Below, piece by piece: positions 44,934-54,505 of a stretch of DNA of 64,000 nt. Each line of letters starts with the position of its first letter. The first letter of the stretch is position 1. The stretch covers positions 64,001 to 128,000 of IMG/VR virus record IMGVR_UViG_3300025707_000003, one strand, 5' to 3'. Source of the DNA: a virus. Taxonomy: Duplodnaviria; Caudoviricetes. The notes under the pieces were generated by a model. The model was not told the origin of the DNA. It searched no databases and saw only the letters and a list, made by a program, of their open reading frames with translations. Position numbers and translations under genes: made by a program.

Positions 44934-44949
44934 ATAAATAAGGGGTTAC
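44934..44949 (-). promoter_or_regulatory. Class II motif
   Basis: GTAACCCCTTATTTAT upstream of the WGR-sirtuin operon. Confidence 0.65.
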
Positions 44950-45001
44950 GATTCTAACTTTCCTTTACTTTGCAGGTGTTTATGGTTTTTGTGCGTGTAG
45001 C

Positions 45002-45017
45002 GTAACCCCTTGTTTAT
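45002..45017 (+). promoter_or_regulatory. Class II motif
   Basis: GTAACCCCTTGTTTAT upstream of CNNM gene; divergent partner of 44934-44949. Confidence 0.65.
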
Positions 45018-45067
45018 ACCCTTACATGAGGATCGAACCTCGCCACCAACTCTTAATGGAGAACCAC

Positions 45068-45997
45068 ATGGTCAGCACACTATCTGCTTTTTTCATCACT
45101 ATCATCGCCTCAGCTATCCACAGTGCGTGGGAAATGGCTGTCGCTTCCTTGTCTAAGGCTGAGGTTAAGTCAGCCTGTAAAAACAAGGTCTTCGGATCTT
45201 GTGCGTTGAGCAAGGTGATGAATGATAAAGAGTCTTTTATTAGCACCAATACCATCTGTAATAACATCGCCAACATCATGGGTAGTGGTGTTGTCGGTAC
45301 GAACGCAGGTATGTGGCTTGGTAGCGAGTATGTTGGTTTGGTGATGGGTATCCTCACTTTCACTATCATCATCTGCTCAGAGATCATCCCTAAAGCGTAT
45401 GGTACGAATAACCCTCTCTTTGTGGGTCGTGTCTTCGCTCCTATGATGGTTTTACTGTCATGGGTACTCACACCTATCAACTGGGTCATAGGAAAGCTCA
45501 CAGCTCGTTTTAAGGGTGCAGAGCCTTCTGCTATCGTAGAGAAGATCTACGAGGGTACTTATAACCTTTCACTCACGACTGTTGAGCAGGTTGGTACTCC
45601 ACGAGTCAACATGACCACTGTCCGAGCAGATGAGCGACTAGAGGACATCAAGCCCTCTCTCTTTGAGAGTCAGCACTCACGACTTGTCGTACTTGGTAAG
45701 AGCCGAGATGATGTAAAGGGTATCATGCTTCTCAAAGACGCTTTCCAAGCTCTTGCTAAGGACGAGAACCCTACTGTCGAAGAGCTTACAAGACCTGTCC
45801 TCAAGGTTGAATCGAACATCTCTTGTGAAGAGATGTTCAAACAGTTCACCACGAACAAGTCTCACCTCGCTGTCATGGTAGATGACTTTGGAGGAACAGA
45901 TGGTGTCGTGAGTCTTGAGGACATCATGGAACTGATGACCCAAACCGAGATCACCGATGAAACAGACGAGCAAGTCTGTATGCGTGAGGTAGGGTAA
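45068..45997 (+). CDS. CNNM/DUF21 plus CBS-pair membrane protein (CorB/TlyC-like)
   Basis: SAWEMA, NNIANI, SEIIPKAYG, TPRVNM, HSRL, VDDFGGTDGVVSLEDIME. Confidence 0.85.
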   Translation: MVSTLSAFFITIIASAIHSAWEMAVASLSKAEVKSACKNKVFGSCALSKVMNDKESFISTNTICNNIANIMGSGVVGTNAGMWLGSEYVGLVMGILTFTIIICSEIIPKAYGTNNPLFVGRVFAPMMVLLSWVLTPINWVIGKLTARFKGAEPSAIVEKIYEGTYNLSLTTVEQVGTPRVNMTTVRADERLEDIKPSLFESQHSRLVVLGKSRDDVKGIMLLKDAFQALAKDENPTVEELTRPVLKVESNISCEEMFKQFTTNKSHLAVMVDDFGGTDGVVSLEDIMELMTQTEITDETDEQVCMREVG

Positions 45998-46091
45998 TCA
46001 TATAATGAAGTTTATAATCACAATTTTCCTGTGGGTGCTAATCACACTCCCTTTAACCCTCTTACTTTACTCAATCTTTTAAGGAGACATT

Positions 46092-46379
46092 ATGTCATTC
46101 CCTCTAACAAAAGAATCTATCAATAAAATCTCTGACTATGGAACAGCGAAAGCGTTCATATCGGCTTTTTCTACACCGAGCCTAATCACAACACCTTCTG
46201 GAATGAGTAACTTTGACTTTATCAAAGTATGGTTTACTTTCTTAGAAAATGCCCCAAAGTCTACTGGTTGGAGAGACATGAAAGAACTGTTTATGAAAAT
46301 ATACAACCACAAAGAACTGTTTATGGAAATATACAACCACAATGCAGATGCTATCGAGGAGGCACTTGGAAATGAATAA
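46092..46379 (+). CDS. Hypothetical protein with 30-nt tandem duplication
   Basis: KELFMKIYNH-KELFMEIYNH at 46281-46340. Confidence 0.6.
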   Translation: MSFPLTKESINKISDYGTAKAFISAFSTPSLITTPSGMSNFDFIKVWFTFLENAPKSTGWRDMKELFMKIYNHKELFMEIYNHNADAIEEALGNE

Positions 46380-46824
46380 GCAACAAATCGCAGAGAGCCT
46401 ATGTCGTATCAAGGCACTAAAAGACGCTCTCGATGCAGAGATCAAATCCTTGCGTCAGCATATCCCTGTAGGAGAAAAGATCGAGACACCTCTTGGTGAT
46501 GTTCACCATGTGGATTCATCTCGCACATCATATGATGAAGCAGGTCTACTAGCCGAGCTTAACCGACAGGGCATCGACCCCACAACTATCGGTGAGGTTG
46601 TGGTCAAGGTAGACCGTAAAAAGTTCGCCAAAGCTATCACCAAAGGAGCAATCCCCTCAAACCTTATTGAGGACTACTCTGAGACTAAGCCTGTACCACA
46701 GCTTAAAATCAAGCCTAAGCTAGACGCTCAAAACTTAGGGCGGGATACTCAGAGCCGTGTTGCTTCTTTAACAGGAGGGGCGAACTATGACGAGAGGGTT
46801 CTCGAAAAAAACCTTCAAAGATAG
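46372..46824 (+). CDS. Hypothetical protein (Gam/Gp157-like architecture possible)
   Basis: Start reassigned to ATG 46372; N-terminal coiled coil. Confidence 0.55.
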   Translation: MNKQQIAESLCRIKALKDALDAEIKSLRQHIPVGEKIETPLGDVHHVDSSRTSYDEAGLLAELNRQGIDPTTIGEVVVKVDRKKFAKAITKGAIPSNLIEDYSETKPVPQLKIKPKLDAQNLGRDTQSRVASLTGGANYDERVLEKNLQR

Positions 46825-46922
46825 TCCTTATAGGGCTGTAGGGTGTGTTGTGGATTAAAAAATTGGGTAAAAGCTCAACCTGTGTTTACAATTTAAATTA
46901 ATGACCTTGAAAGGAGCTTGGT

Positions 46923-47087
46923 ATGCTTGATATAGATGCCTTCATCATTGAACGCCTCAAGAAACAGCAAAGACAAAGAGAACTTGAGGATGAGAGTCGT
47001 AGGATTTGGTTGCCCATACCTCAACCAGAGCTAAAACCAAAAGAAGAGCAAAGAGAACCCAAGAGGGTCATTGAAATACAACTTTAG
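46923..47087 (+). CDS. Small hypothetical protein
   Basis: Hand-translated MLDIDAFIIERLKKQQRQRELEDESRRIWLPIPQPE...; RBS aaggag. Confidence 0.6.
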   Translation: MLDIDAFIIERLKKQQRQRELEDESRRIWLPIPQPELKPKEEQREPKRVIEIQL

Positions 47088-47097
47088 GAGTGATTGA

Positions 47098-47613
47098 GTG
47101 AAGCAACTAATTTTAGTCCGTGGTCTAAGTGGTTCGGGGAAAACAACACTGGCAGAGACAATATGTGGCGAAATTGAAGACCGATTCAAAGTGTCTGCTG
47201 ACGAATTCTTTGTAGACGATAGTGGTGTTTACACATTCAACCATGAAGCACTTAAAGAAGCTCATGGTTGGTGTCAAAAAAAGTGTCTTGAAGCGATGGA
47301 AGACGGTTTTCAAGTCATCGTTGTCCATAACACATTAACTCGTAAATGGGAGTGTGATCCTTACATGGAAATGGCTACAAAGAATGACTACTTGGTACAG
47401 GTTATTAACCTGTACGATGGTGGTCTTTCTGATCGTCAACTGTATGAAAGAGGAACACATAATGTCCCCACTCATGTGATCCAAAGCCAACGCTTTAGGT
47501 GGGAAAATGATGTGTTTCGTGAAAAGCGTCAGAATAATTATAATCAACCTCATTACGAGAAGGGCAGGAATAATCAGCGTGGTTCTTTCCGTAGAAAAGA
47601 CTCACGCTGGTAG
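47098..47613 (+). CDS. P-loop kinase (AAA_33 / N4BP2-like)
   Basis: RGLSGSGKTT, SADEFF, VHNT, WE..PY. Confidence 0.8.
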   Translation: MKQLILVRGLSGSGKTTLAETICGEIEDRFKVSADEFFVDDSGVYTFNHEALKEAHGWCQKKCLEAMEDGFQVIVVHNTLTRKWECDPYMEMATKNDYLVQVINLYDGGLSDRQLYERGTHNVPTHVIQSQRFRWENDVFREKRQNNYNQPHYEKGRNNQRGSFRRKDSRW

Positions 47614-47619
47614 GCAAAT

Positions 47620-47635
47620 GTAACCCCTAATTTAT
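47620..47635 (+). promoter_or_regulatory. Class II motif
   Basis: GTAACCCCTAATTTAT with TATAAT at 47635-47640. Confidence 0.6.
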
Positions 47636-47687
47636 ATAATAATATAAGATTAGATGAAACTAAAAACTAAAAACAAGGGGGGACATT

Positions 47688-48116
47688 ATGAATGACTTTC
47701 GGGTAGGGCATCAACTGTTAGTAGGAAAAACAACGCTGAAGAGCTTGGAGGTCATAGATGTGATCGAGAGGAATAAAGTCTTCAGCGTTGTTGACGAAGA
47801 AAAAAATATAAAAAATGTTCATGTTGATGACGCTTCTCTTTTCTCTTACTTTTCCAACAATATAACTCAACCTGAGACCCAAGACACAGAGGGTCGATTT
47901 ACAGTCGAAGGTGATAAGGACAATAGTCATTATCCAAAATGGGATTGTGGTCAAAAGGTTGAGTTTGAGGTCGAGTTAAAAGGTGCTTCTCTAAAAGTTT
48001 TGGGGTACATAACTCGCAACTTTTGGTCTGGCTACTACCTTTTATCAGAGGTAGGTGTTTCAGTACCTAACAGGTATTGGAAAGTCGCCCACTCTAAGTG
48101 TACTAAAATTGGTTAA
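47688..48116 (+). CDS. Hypothetical protein
   Basis: Behind class II motif 47620. Confidence 0.6.
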   Translation: MNDFRVGHQLLVGKTTLKSLEVIDVIERNKVFSVVDEEKNIKNVHVDDASLFSYFSNNITQPETQDTEGRFTVEGDKDNSHYPKWDCGQKVEFEVELKGASLKVLGYITRNFWSGYYLLSEVGVSVPNRYWKVAHSKCTKIG

Positions 48117-48219
48117 TACCACTCATCACTCTTTAACATCTCTTCCACTTCTTCGGGAGACATTTCGGAGTTGATTATTCCATGTATAGTCATGGAAATA
48201 ACGATTAAAATAAGTAAGG

Positions 48220-48651
48220 CTAACATATACTGTCCTTATAGTTTTTAATGGCACGATAGCAGTTTGAACGATTTTCGTATCCAAGCATTTTAGATATCTT
48301 CTTATAGGTATAACCCAGTTGTCGAAGATTGTAGGCTACTTGCCCTTTGTGGTGGGATTTGTTCGTAGATATTCCATTCATTTCAGAATATCTACGAATG
48401 TAATTTGTGACTGTCGATGGACAGACACCAAAGTATCGAGCGATGTCTCTTATGCTCATTGTGTTGTAGTATAAGTTAAAAGCCAGTTTATAGTCAGGTT
48501 TGAGTCTTGGGTAGATTAAACTATTAGCGTAAGCATATCTCTTGATGTAGTGTCGTATTGTGCTTTGCTTAACCCCAAAGTGTTCTTCAAGCTGAGGGTA
48601 GCTTATGCCTTGTATGTACATCTGATATGCTTCATAAGCCCAAGATTTCAT
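48220..48651 (-). CDS. Triple-HTH DNA-binding protein
   Basis: Three repeats of the G.SY..IA..FGV...T pattern. Confidence 0.75.
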   Translation of the reverse strand: MKSWAYEAYQMYIQGISYPQLEEHFGVKQSTIRHYIKRYAYANSLIYPRLKPDYKLAFNLYYNTMSIRDIARYFGVCPSTVTNYIRRYSEMNGISTNKSHHKGQVAYNLRQLGYTYKKISKMLGYENRSNCYRAIKNYKDSIC

Positions 48652-48947
48652 TTTTTGATTACCTCAATACCTAACATCTTCCCATTTAGCTGAGACTGCA
48701 TCTTCTGTAAAAATTGAATGTCCTCATCACTAAGCGTATCCTTTTGTCTCGAAAGATCGCTATGTGAGACTACACAAACACCCTCTCTAATACAGAGGTC
48801 TGTTGCTCTAGTGAGTACTTCAATCCAGACAAGAGTAGTCGTAAACTCCCCGCAATCTTTTTCTATGATGAAGTGAATATGAGGACAGCCTAATCGGGAT
48901 TTTATCTCTAAAGCCCTATTGAGATCAGACACTAGATGCAAGATCAT
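48648..48947 (-). CDS. Hypothetical protein
   Basis: Start reassigned to MILHLV, overlapping the amidase stop. Confidence 0.45.
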   Translation of the reverse strand: MILHLVSDLNRALEIKSRLGCPHIHFIIEKDCGEFTTTLVWIEVLTRATDLCIREGVCVVSHSDLSRQKDTLSDEDIQFLQKMQSQLNGKMLGIEVIKK

Positions 48948-49894
48948 TACCCAAATAAAGTATCCCACCAACACGCACAATCCCACTTCTTTTGTGTGAT
49001 GTGGTGGTGTCCGATTACGCCAGTAAAGTTTCTTGTAAGATAACCCTTATCCACCACCCCATGATAGAAATCTCCATCATAAGACTGACCTTCAGACCCA
49101 CAAGGGAACTGATATGGAATGTCCAAAGCAGTACAGAGACTCTTAACTGCTTCCCGAACAGCTATAGCTACATTCGGATCTAAGGAGATAATACGCTTAT
49201 CTCCACGACCAGTGTCATTGGTTGTCTCTTGTACATCATACCCTTTCTTTACATAGTGGTTCTTCCACTTCAAAGAAGGTTGCTGACAAATGTCGATACC
49301 CACCGAGTAAGAGTTAGCCCATCCTCCATGCCAACTCTTGTGGTTGAGGTCGAGATATTGATAAATGGTAGGATTGCCTTCTGGACTCAACCCAATCCCT
49401 GCGTGTGAACTGACTTCTCTATCGGGGCTAGAGAAGATCCTGTGGCAATGATGAGGGTCAAGACCCCCCCAATGCACAACTATGATCGTTGGTTTTCTAC
49501 CCTTACGAGATGAAAAATGCCCAAATCTGTGGAGATCGAGTCCACCTCTTTGGTCGAAGTTGACGATTTCTACTGTAGGGTCGATGTCCACACCAACCCT
49601 ACGATCATTTACCGTCCAATATGCTTGACCGTCTTCAATACGATCAAACTTTTTTAACATCGCAGACCATGTTCCTCGACCCATTTTCCCATCGACTCCA
49701 GAGCCTGCTCCAAAGTTGTCTTCTTGGAACGCTTCGACAGCAAGTGCGAAATCTGTAGAATCGACAGACTTAGCTAAGTTAGGGTATGCTTCGATTGCCG
49801 ACTGAGGGATATTATCCAACCAACCGACAGAGACACTTGCTTTCTTATTATATGAGCAAGCATTGGATCTAGTTTGTATAACTATGGAGGACAT
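48947..49894 (-). CDS. N-acetylmuramoyl-L-alanine amidase with PG-binding domain (endolysin-like)
   Basis: AVEAFQ...VDGKMGRGTW; IVVHW, SSHAGI, SVGIDI, IGHH. Confidence 0.8.
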   Translation of the reverse strand: MSSIVIQTRSNACSYNKKASVSVGWLDNIPQSAIEAYPNLAKSVDSTDFALAVEAFQEDNFGAGSGVDGKMGRGTWSAMLKKFDRIEDGQAYWTVNDRRVGVDIDPTVEIVNFDQRGGLDLHRFGHFSSRKGRKPTIIVVHWGGLDPHHCHRIFSSPDREVSSHAGIGLSPEGNPTIYQYLDLNHKSWHGGWANSYSVGIDICQQPSLKWKNHYVKKGYDVQETTNDTGRGDKRIISLDPNVAIAVREAVKSLCTALDIPYQFPCGSEGQSYDGDFYHGVVDKGYLTRNFTGVIGHHHITQKKWDCACWWDTLFG

Positions 49895-49923
49895 TGTTCA
49901 CCTTTCTATTGTGAGTTTCTTTC

Positions 49924-51303
49924 ATGTCGTTATCTTTATTTATACCTACAATAAATGAACTATCATCACTTTTAGTTTTAAGCCATGCGAGTAATGGGGG
50001 TACTGTTCTACTCTCTCGCAACAATAAGATATGGAATAATCTATCTGCAAAGTCGATTATCAATGCTTACCACCCAGAACTACACGCTAGAATCATTCAA
50101 ACTTCATTGTTAGAGTTATGTAAGTCGGGAGATGGGTGTAAACTCGGTGCGTTTATCACTATTTCTCTACTAAGATCTTTTCATCGCCATTACGGTGAAG
50201 TCCACCCTAAGATTACGGATCAAGTTAAGAAGGCAGTTAATCTCGCTGTAAATGCCGTACCTAGATACGAATCCAACCAAGATATATTAAAAGAAATCGG
50301 ACTCCAGAGTGAGCTTGATGGGGAATCCATAGATAAGATCTCCGAAGCTATTTATCTCGCAGGCTCTTTATCTTCTCATGTCTCTCTTGAGAAATGGGAA
50401 GGGAATGGTTGTGAAGTTGTTGAAACCGAATCTTTCCATGCTTCACTAAGAGTACACCATGATAATGAAGCATATCTCAATGGCCCAATGTTCGCTTTAT
50501 TTAGTCGGCCAGTTTTTGAAGTGGATCACATACTAAATGCGATGGAACTCATGGGGTCATTTGAAGGTAGACCACTAGTCATTATAGCCCCTATGGTAGG
50601 TGGTAAAGCCCTACAAGCAATCAAGATGAACAACCATAAAGGAACACTTGAAGTATATGCGTGTGATGCACCGAGAGTGATTTGGGGCAAGGGTTGGTTA
50701 GATGACTTTGCTTCGTTTACTGGAGCTACTGTTGTTGATCAGAAGTATGAAAAGTTTGTACCTGAGTTCTATGGTTCAGCTATTAACTCCGTCCTTAACT
50801 ACACAGAAATGATTACAGACCCTTATGATGACCATGTAGATAAAACAGCAGACCGAGTAGATGAACTCCTTAGAGAAGCTGAAAGTTCACCTCACCCTCA
50901 CACACAAGATCAGTTGAGAAAAAGAGCCAACGCCCTTAATGGTACGCTCGTTCGCTTGAGAGTTGGTGGTCCTACCGAAGCTGAGGCAAGATGGCGTAGA
51001 GGATTAGCCGAAAAAGCCTTGATTTCTATGATGGATGCTAAAGTAAATGGGTATGTCAAAGGAGCAATCCCTACCCTCTATAACATAACCACAGGAAACC
51101 CATATCTTGATCGAGCATTGAAAGCACCTTTTAAAGTCGTATGTCATAACTTAGGTAAGGCTGAGAATGACTCTAGCGTATGGGATATAAAAGAACTCTA
51201 TGAGCCTTTCCCTGTTGGTAGATTGATTGAGTTATTAGACAAATCCATATCAATAGCCACAACTTTAGGTTCTGTGGGTTATATAGTCAGGAGCAAAAAA
51301 TGA
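49924..51303 (+). CDS. Degenerate Cpn60/GroEL-like chaperonin
   Basis: KSGDG, LVRLRVGGPTEAEA, ALKAPFKVVCHNLG; GDGTTT replaced by GDGCKL. Confidence 0.7.
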   Translation: MSLSLFIPTINELSSLLVLSHASNGGTVLLSRNNKIWNNLSAKSIINAYHPELHARIIQTSLLELCKSGDGCKLGAFITISLLRSFHRHYGEVHPKITDQVKKAVNLAVNAVPRYESNQDILKEIGLQSELDGESIDKISEAIYLAGSLSSHVSLEKWEGNGCEVVETESFHASLRVHHDNEAYLNGPMFALFSRPVFEVDHILNAMELMGSFEGRPLVIIAPMVGGKALQAIKMNNHKGTLEVYACDAPRVIWGKGWLDDFASFTGATVVDQKYEKFVPEFYGSAINSVLNYTEMITDPYDDHVDKTADRVDELLREAESSPHPHTQDQLRKRANALNGTLVRLRVGGPTEAEARWRRGLAEKALISMMDAKVNGYVKGAIPTLYNITTGNPYLDRALKAPFKVVCHNLGKAENDSSVWDIKELYEPFPVGRLIELLDKSISIATTLGSVGYIVRSKK

Positions 51304-51509
51304 AATGGTATTACTTTTCCCGAAGTGAGGATACTTTGACTTTAGTTCCAAGAAATAAAATGGGTGTAAGACCCAATGACGCACAAAAAGGAGATGAGTA
51401 CACTCCTTGGTATAAGAAGTCTGAACACCATGATGATTCTCATGTTCATGTAAAAGGGATAAATGAACAGGATGCTGAAAGAAGAGCAAAAGAGAGGATC
51501 AAAAAATGA
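51300..51509 (+). CDS. Hypothetical protein
   Basis: ATGA overlaps on both sides; RBS aggag. Confidence 0.55.
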   Translation: MKWYYFSRSEDTLTLVPRNKMGVRPNDAQKGDEYTPWYKKSEHHDDSHVHVKGINEQDAERRAKERIKK

Positions 51510-52069
51510 TTGAAATAAAGATAGGTGATTGCACCCAAAGACTTAAAGACCTAGAAGATAACTCTGTTGATGCTGTTATCTGCGATCCTCCTTATGGACT
51601 AAAGTTTATGTCAAAAGGTTGGGATGACATAGGAAACGGAAGTCAGCAAAGGGAATGGCATAGAAAGTGGCTTACAGAAGTTCATCGAATCTTAAAACCA
51701 AATGGAGTCCTTAAGGCTTTCAGTGGTTCAAGGACTTTCCATCACTTAATAGCGATGATGGAAGAAATAGGTTTCTCAGATTTGAGTGTTGAAGCCTGGA
51801 GTTACGGAAGTGGATTCCCGAAATCTCATAATGTGAGTAAATCCATAGATAAACACTTAGGTGTAGTGCGAGAGGAGGTGGGTGTTGTTAAAGGAATGGG
51901 CAAACAGAACCCTGAGTGGAATGGTACTGCACAGGGTAGATCTGAAAACTATTTCAAGCCAGAGTATATTCTGACAGCCCCTACATCCCAACTTGCAAAG
52001 CAGTATGAGGGATGGGGTACGGCTCTTAAACCCGCATGGGAAAGTATATGTATTGGGGTTAAAAAATGA
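51506..52069 (+). CDS. DNA N6/N4 methyltransferase, part 1 (motif IV)
   Basis: GDC..RLKDL..NSVDAVICDPPYGL, GFPKS, GWGTALKPAWE. Confidence 0.85.
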   Translation: MIEIKIGDCTQRLKDLEDNSVDAVICDPPYGLKFMSKGWDDIGNGSQQREWHRKWLTEVHRILKPNGVLKAFSGSRTFHHLIAMMEEIGFSDLSVEAWSYGSGFPKSHNVSKSIDKHLGVVREEVGVVKGMGKQNPEWNGTAQGRSENYFKPEYILTAPTSQLAKQYEGWGTALKPAWESICIGVKK

Positions 52070-52722
52070 TCATCACTATCTTGAGGAAACCCCTTGAGGG
52101 TACAGTAGCTGAGAATACTCTGAAACATGGTTGTGGGGCTTTGAATATTGATGCCACTCGCATTGGGAGTTTAGTCCAAGACACCTCTAAAAATGGACGC
52201 TCCCATGAAAGACAAAAAAGCACAGTCTTTCAATCTAACTTTAAAGAAGAATTTGAAGGGAAGACCACCACAGGAAGATGGCCAGCTAACTTTATTCTGA
52301 CCCATAAAGAAGATTGTGAGTTAAGAGGAACTAAAAAAGTTAAAGGGCATAAAGGCTATCCAAATGGTCCAGGTGGTATTTGGTCTAAAGAGTACCAAGA
52401 CAAACACCAAAAAGATCGTAGCCTTACAGATGTGAAAACTGTCAAAGACAATGAAGCGTGGGTGGGTCATGCAGATAAAGATGGGAAAGAAACTATATCT
52501 GATTGGGCTTGTGTAGAGGGTTGCCCTGTTCAAGAGTTAGACGAACTTTCTCTTGCTAATGGTATGCACAGTGCAGGGTACTCAAAGTCACACAACACTA
52601 AACGAATTGAGGGAATGGTGAACTTTGGTGGTGGTGATCTTTTGACCAATGGGGGTCGTTATGGAGATAGTGGAGGAGCTTCTAGGTTTTTTAAACAATT
52701 TAAGAAAGAGAATGACCAATGA
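52066..52722 (+). CDS. DNA methyltransferase, part 2
   Basis: RKPLEGTVAEN, GALNIDATRI, GRWPAN, GGASRFF. Confidence 0.75.
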   Translation: MIITILRKPLEGTVAENTLKHGCGALNIDATRIGSLVQDTSKNGRSHERQKSTVFQSNFKEEFEGKTTTGRWPANFILTHKEDCELRGTKKVKGHKGYPNGPGGIWSKEYQDKHQKDRSLTDVKTVKDNEAWVGHADKDGKETISDWACVEGCPVQELDELSLANGMHSAGYSKSHNTKRIEGMVNFGGGDLLTNGGRYGDSGGASRFFKQFKKENDQ

Positions 52723-53435
52723 AAGACATGATTGAATACTTTAAGACAATGATCACACCTCCAGTAGAAGATGCCTGTATTATTGTTGCACACCCACAAG
52801 AAATAGATTTCACAAAATATCTAAAAGTGGAGAAACAAGGAGCAGGTTCAGGGGCAATTATTGATATGAAAGAACCTCTTGCTCATGGAGTGATCTTACT
52901 GTCAGAACCTACGGATGAACAAAGTAAAGAAATATTTAAAATCTTAAAACCTGGTGGTCATGTGATCCTCATCCCCGAAGACATTGGATATAAGGGAGTT
53001 ATTTCCCTTGAAGATACAGGGTTTGAAGTAAGAGATGCGATCTTTGTAGGAGATGGGGAGAGCGATTTCTATTACTGCTCGAAAGCAAGTAGGTCTGAAA
53101 GAGAAGAGGGGCTACCTCCAAAAGACGAAGGTAGATCCAACACACACCCTACTGTCAAGCCTATAGAAATCATGGGGTGGTGTGCTAGAGATATAAAACC
53201 TAACTCTAAAGTAGTAGACCCATTCTTAGGGTCTGGAACTACTGGGATTGCGATGTCTCGTTTAGGGCATGACTTTGTAGGGATTGAATTACAGAAAGAA
53301 TATGCAAAGATCTGTGAGGCTCGGATTAGACATTGGATGCCTATTGGGACTGAGATAGAGTCTGAAGCTCAAGTAGGTAAAGCAGAACCTAAAAAGGGTG
53401 AGCAAGTATCTATATTTGACATCTTTGATTCATAG
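52719..53435 (+). CDS. DNA methyltransferase, part 3 (SAM-binding motif I)
   Basis: KASRSER, HPTVKP, VVDPFLGSGTTG, GIEL. Confidence 0.85.
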   Translation: MKDMIEYFKTMITPPVEDACIIVAHPQEIDFTKYLKVEKQGAGSGAIIDMKEPLAHGVILLSEPTDEQSKEIFKILKPGGHVILIPEDIGYKGVISLEDTGFEVRDAIFVGDGESDFYYCSKASRSEREEGLPPKDEGRSNTHPTVKPIEIMGWCARDIKPNSKVVDPFLGSGTTGIAMSRLGHDFVGIELQKEYAKICEARIRHWMPIGTEIESEAQVGKAEPKKGEQVSIFDIFDS

Positions 53436-53444
53436 TTTATTTAT
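53433..53444 (+). promoter_or_regulatory. Class I motif
   Basis: Overlaps MTase TAG stop; upstream of glnII. Confidence 0.75.
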
Positions 53445-53479
53445 TGTGCCTCATTTTTATTTGAGAAAGGAGAGCGTTA

Positions 53480-54502
53480 ATGCTCGCGGAATACATTTGG
53501 ATAGATGGTGGAAACCCAACAGCTAGAGTTAGATCTAAGACCAAGTACATACACGACACGACACCAACCACCGTTGAGAGATTGCCTCTGTGGAACTTTG
53601 ATGGTTCATCTACAATGCAAGCGATCGGCAAATCCTCGGACTGTGTATTAAGACCAGTACGAATTGTCAATGACCCCATTAGAGGAGGGGACAATATCTT
53701 AGTTCTTTGTGAGGTAGAGACTGTTGATGGCGATAAGCACCCCTCTAATACAAGGTCTAAACTTGTTAAATCTCTTGAGTCTTTTAAAGGTCAAGGAGAA
53801 TGGGTTGCTTTTGAACAAGAGTATACTCTGTATAAAGGATCAAGACCTCTAGGATTCCCAAGTGAAAGAAGATTCCCAGCAGACCAAGGCCCATATTATT
53901 GTGGTGTTGGTGCAGATGAAGTATCTGGTAGACCTCTTGTAGAAAAGCACTTAGATATTTGTCTGCAAGCAGGATTGCCTATTACGGGTATTAATGCAGA
54001 AGTCATGCCTGGTCAATGGGAATACCAACTTGGCGGGCCGAACATAGACGCTTTAACAGCGAGTGATCATCTATGGATTTCTAGGTGGCTCTTGTATCGC
54101 ATTGGTGAGGACTTTGACATCACAGCAACTCTTGACCCTAAGCCTGTCGCTGGAGATTGGAATGGGGCGGGTATGCACACCAACTTCTCAACCAAAACCA
54201 TGAGACAAGAAGGTGGCATCGAGGAGATCAACCAAGCTGTTGAAAAGATGTCTCACAGGATTCAAGAACACCTTGATCGCTATGGGGCAGGTTATGAGAT
54301 CAGACTAACAGGTCACCACGAGACTTGTCGTTATGATGAGTTCAAGTGGGGTGTTTCAGATCGTACAGCTTCTGTTCGTATCCCTGTCGAAACGGATAAA
54401 AATGGTTGTGGCTATTTTGAAGACCGAAGACCTAACGCTAACGCAGATCCTTATCTTGTATGTGAAGCATTGATAAGAACGATCTCTGAAACTTGGGAGT
54501 AA
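53480..54502 (+). CDS. glnII: Glutamine synthetase type II
   Basis: AEYIWIDG, WNFDGSST, QGPYYCGVG, NAEVMPGQWEYQ, DWNGAGMHTNFST, RLTGHHET, YFEDRRP. Confidence 0.92.
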   Translation: MLAEYIWIDGGNPTARVRSKTKYIHDTTPTTVERLPLWNFDGSSTMQAIGKSSDCVLRPVRIVNDPIRGGDNILVLCEVETVDGDKHPSNTRSKLVKSLESFKGQGEWVAFEQEYTLYKGSRPLGFPSERRFPADQGPYYCGVGADEVSGRPLVEKHLDICLQAGLPITGINAEVMPGQWEYQLGGPNIDALTASDHLWISRWLLYRIGEDFDITATLDPKPVAGDWNGAGMHTNFSTKTMRQEGGIEEINQAVEKMSHRIQEHLDRYGAGYEIRLTGHHETCRYDEFKWGVSDRTASVRIPVETDKNGCGYFEDRRPNANADPYLVCEALIRTISETWE

Positions 54503-54505
54503 ACC

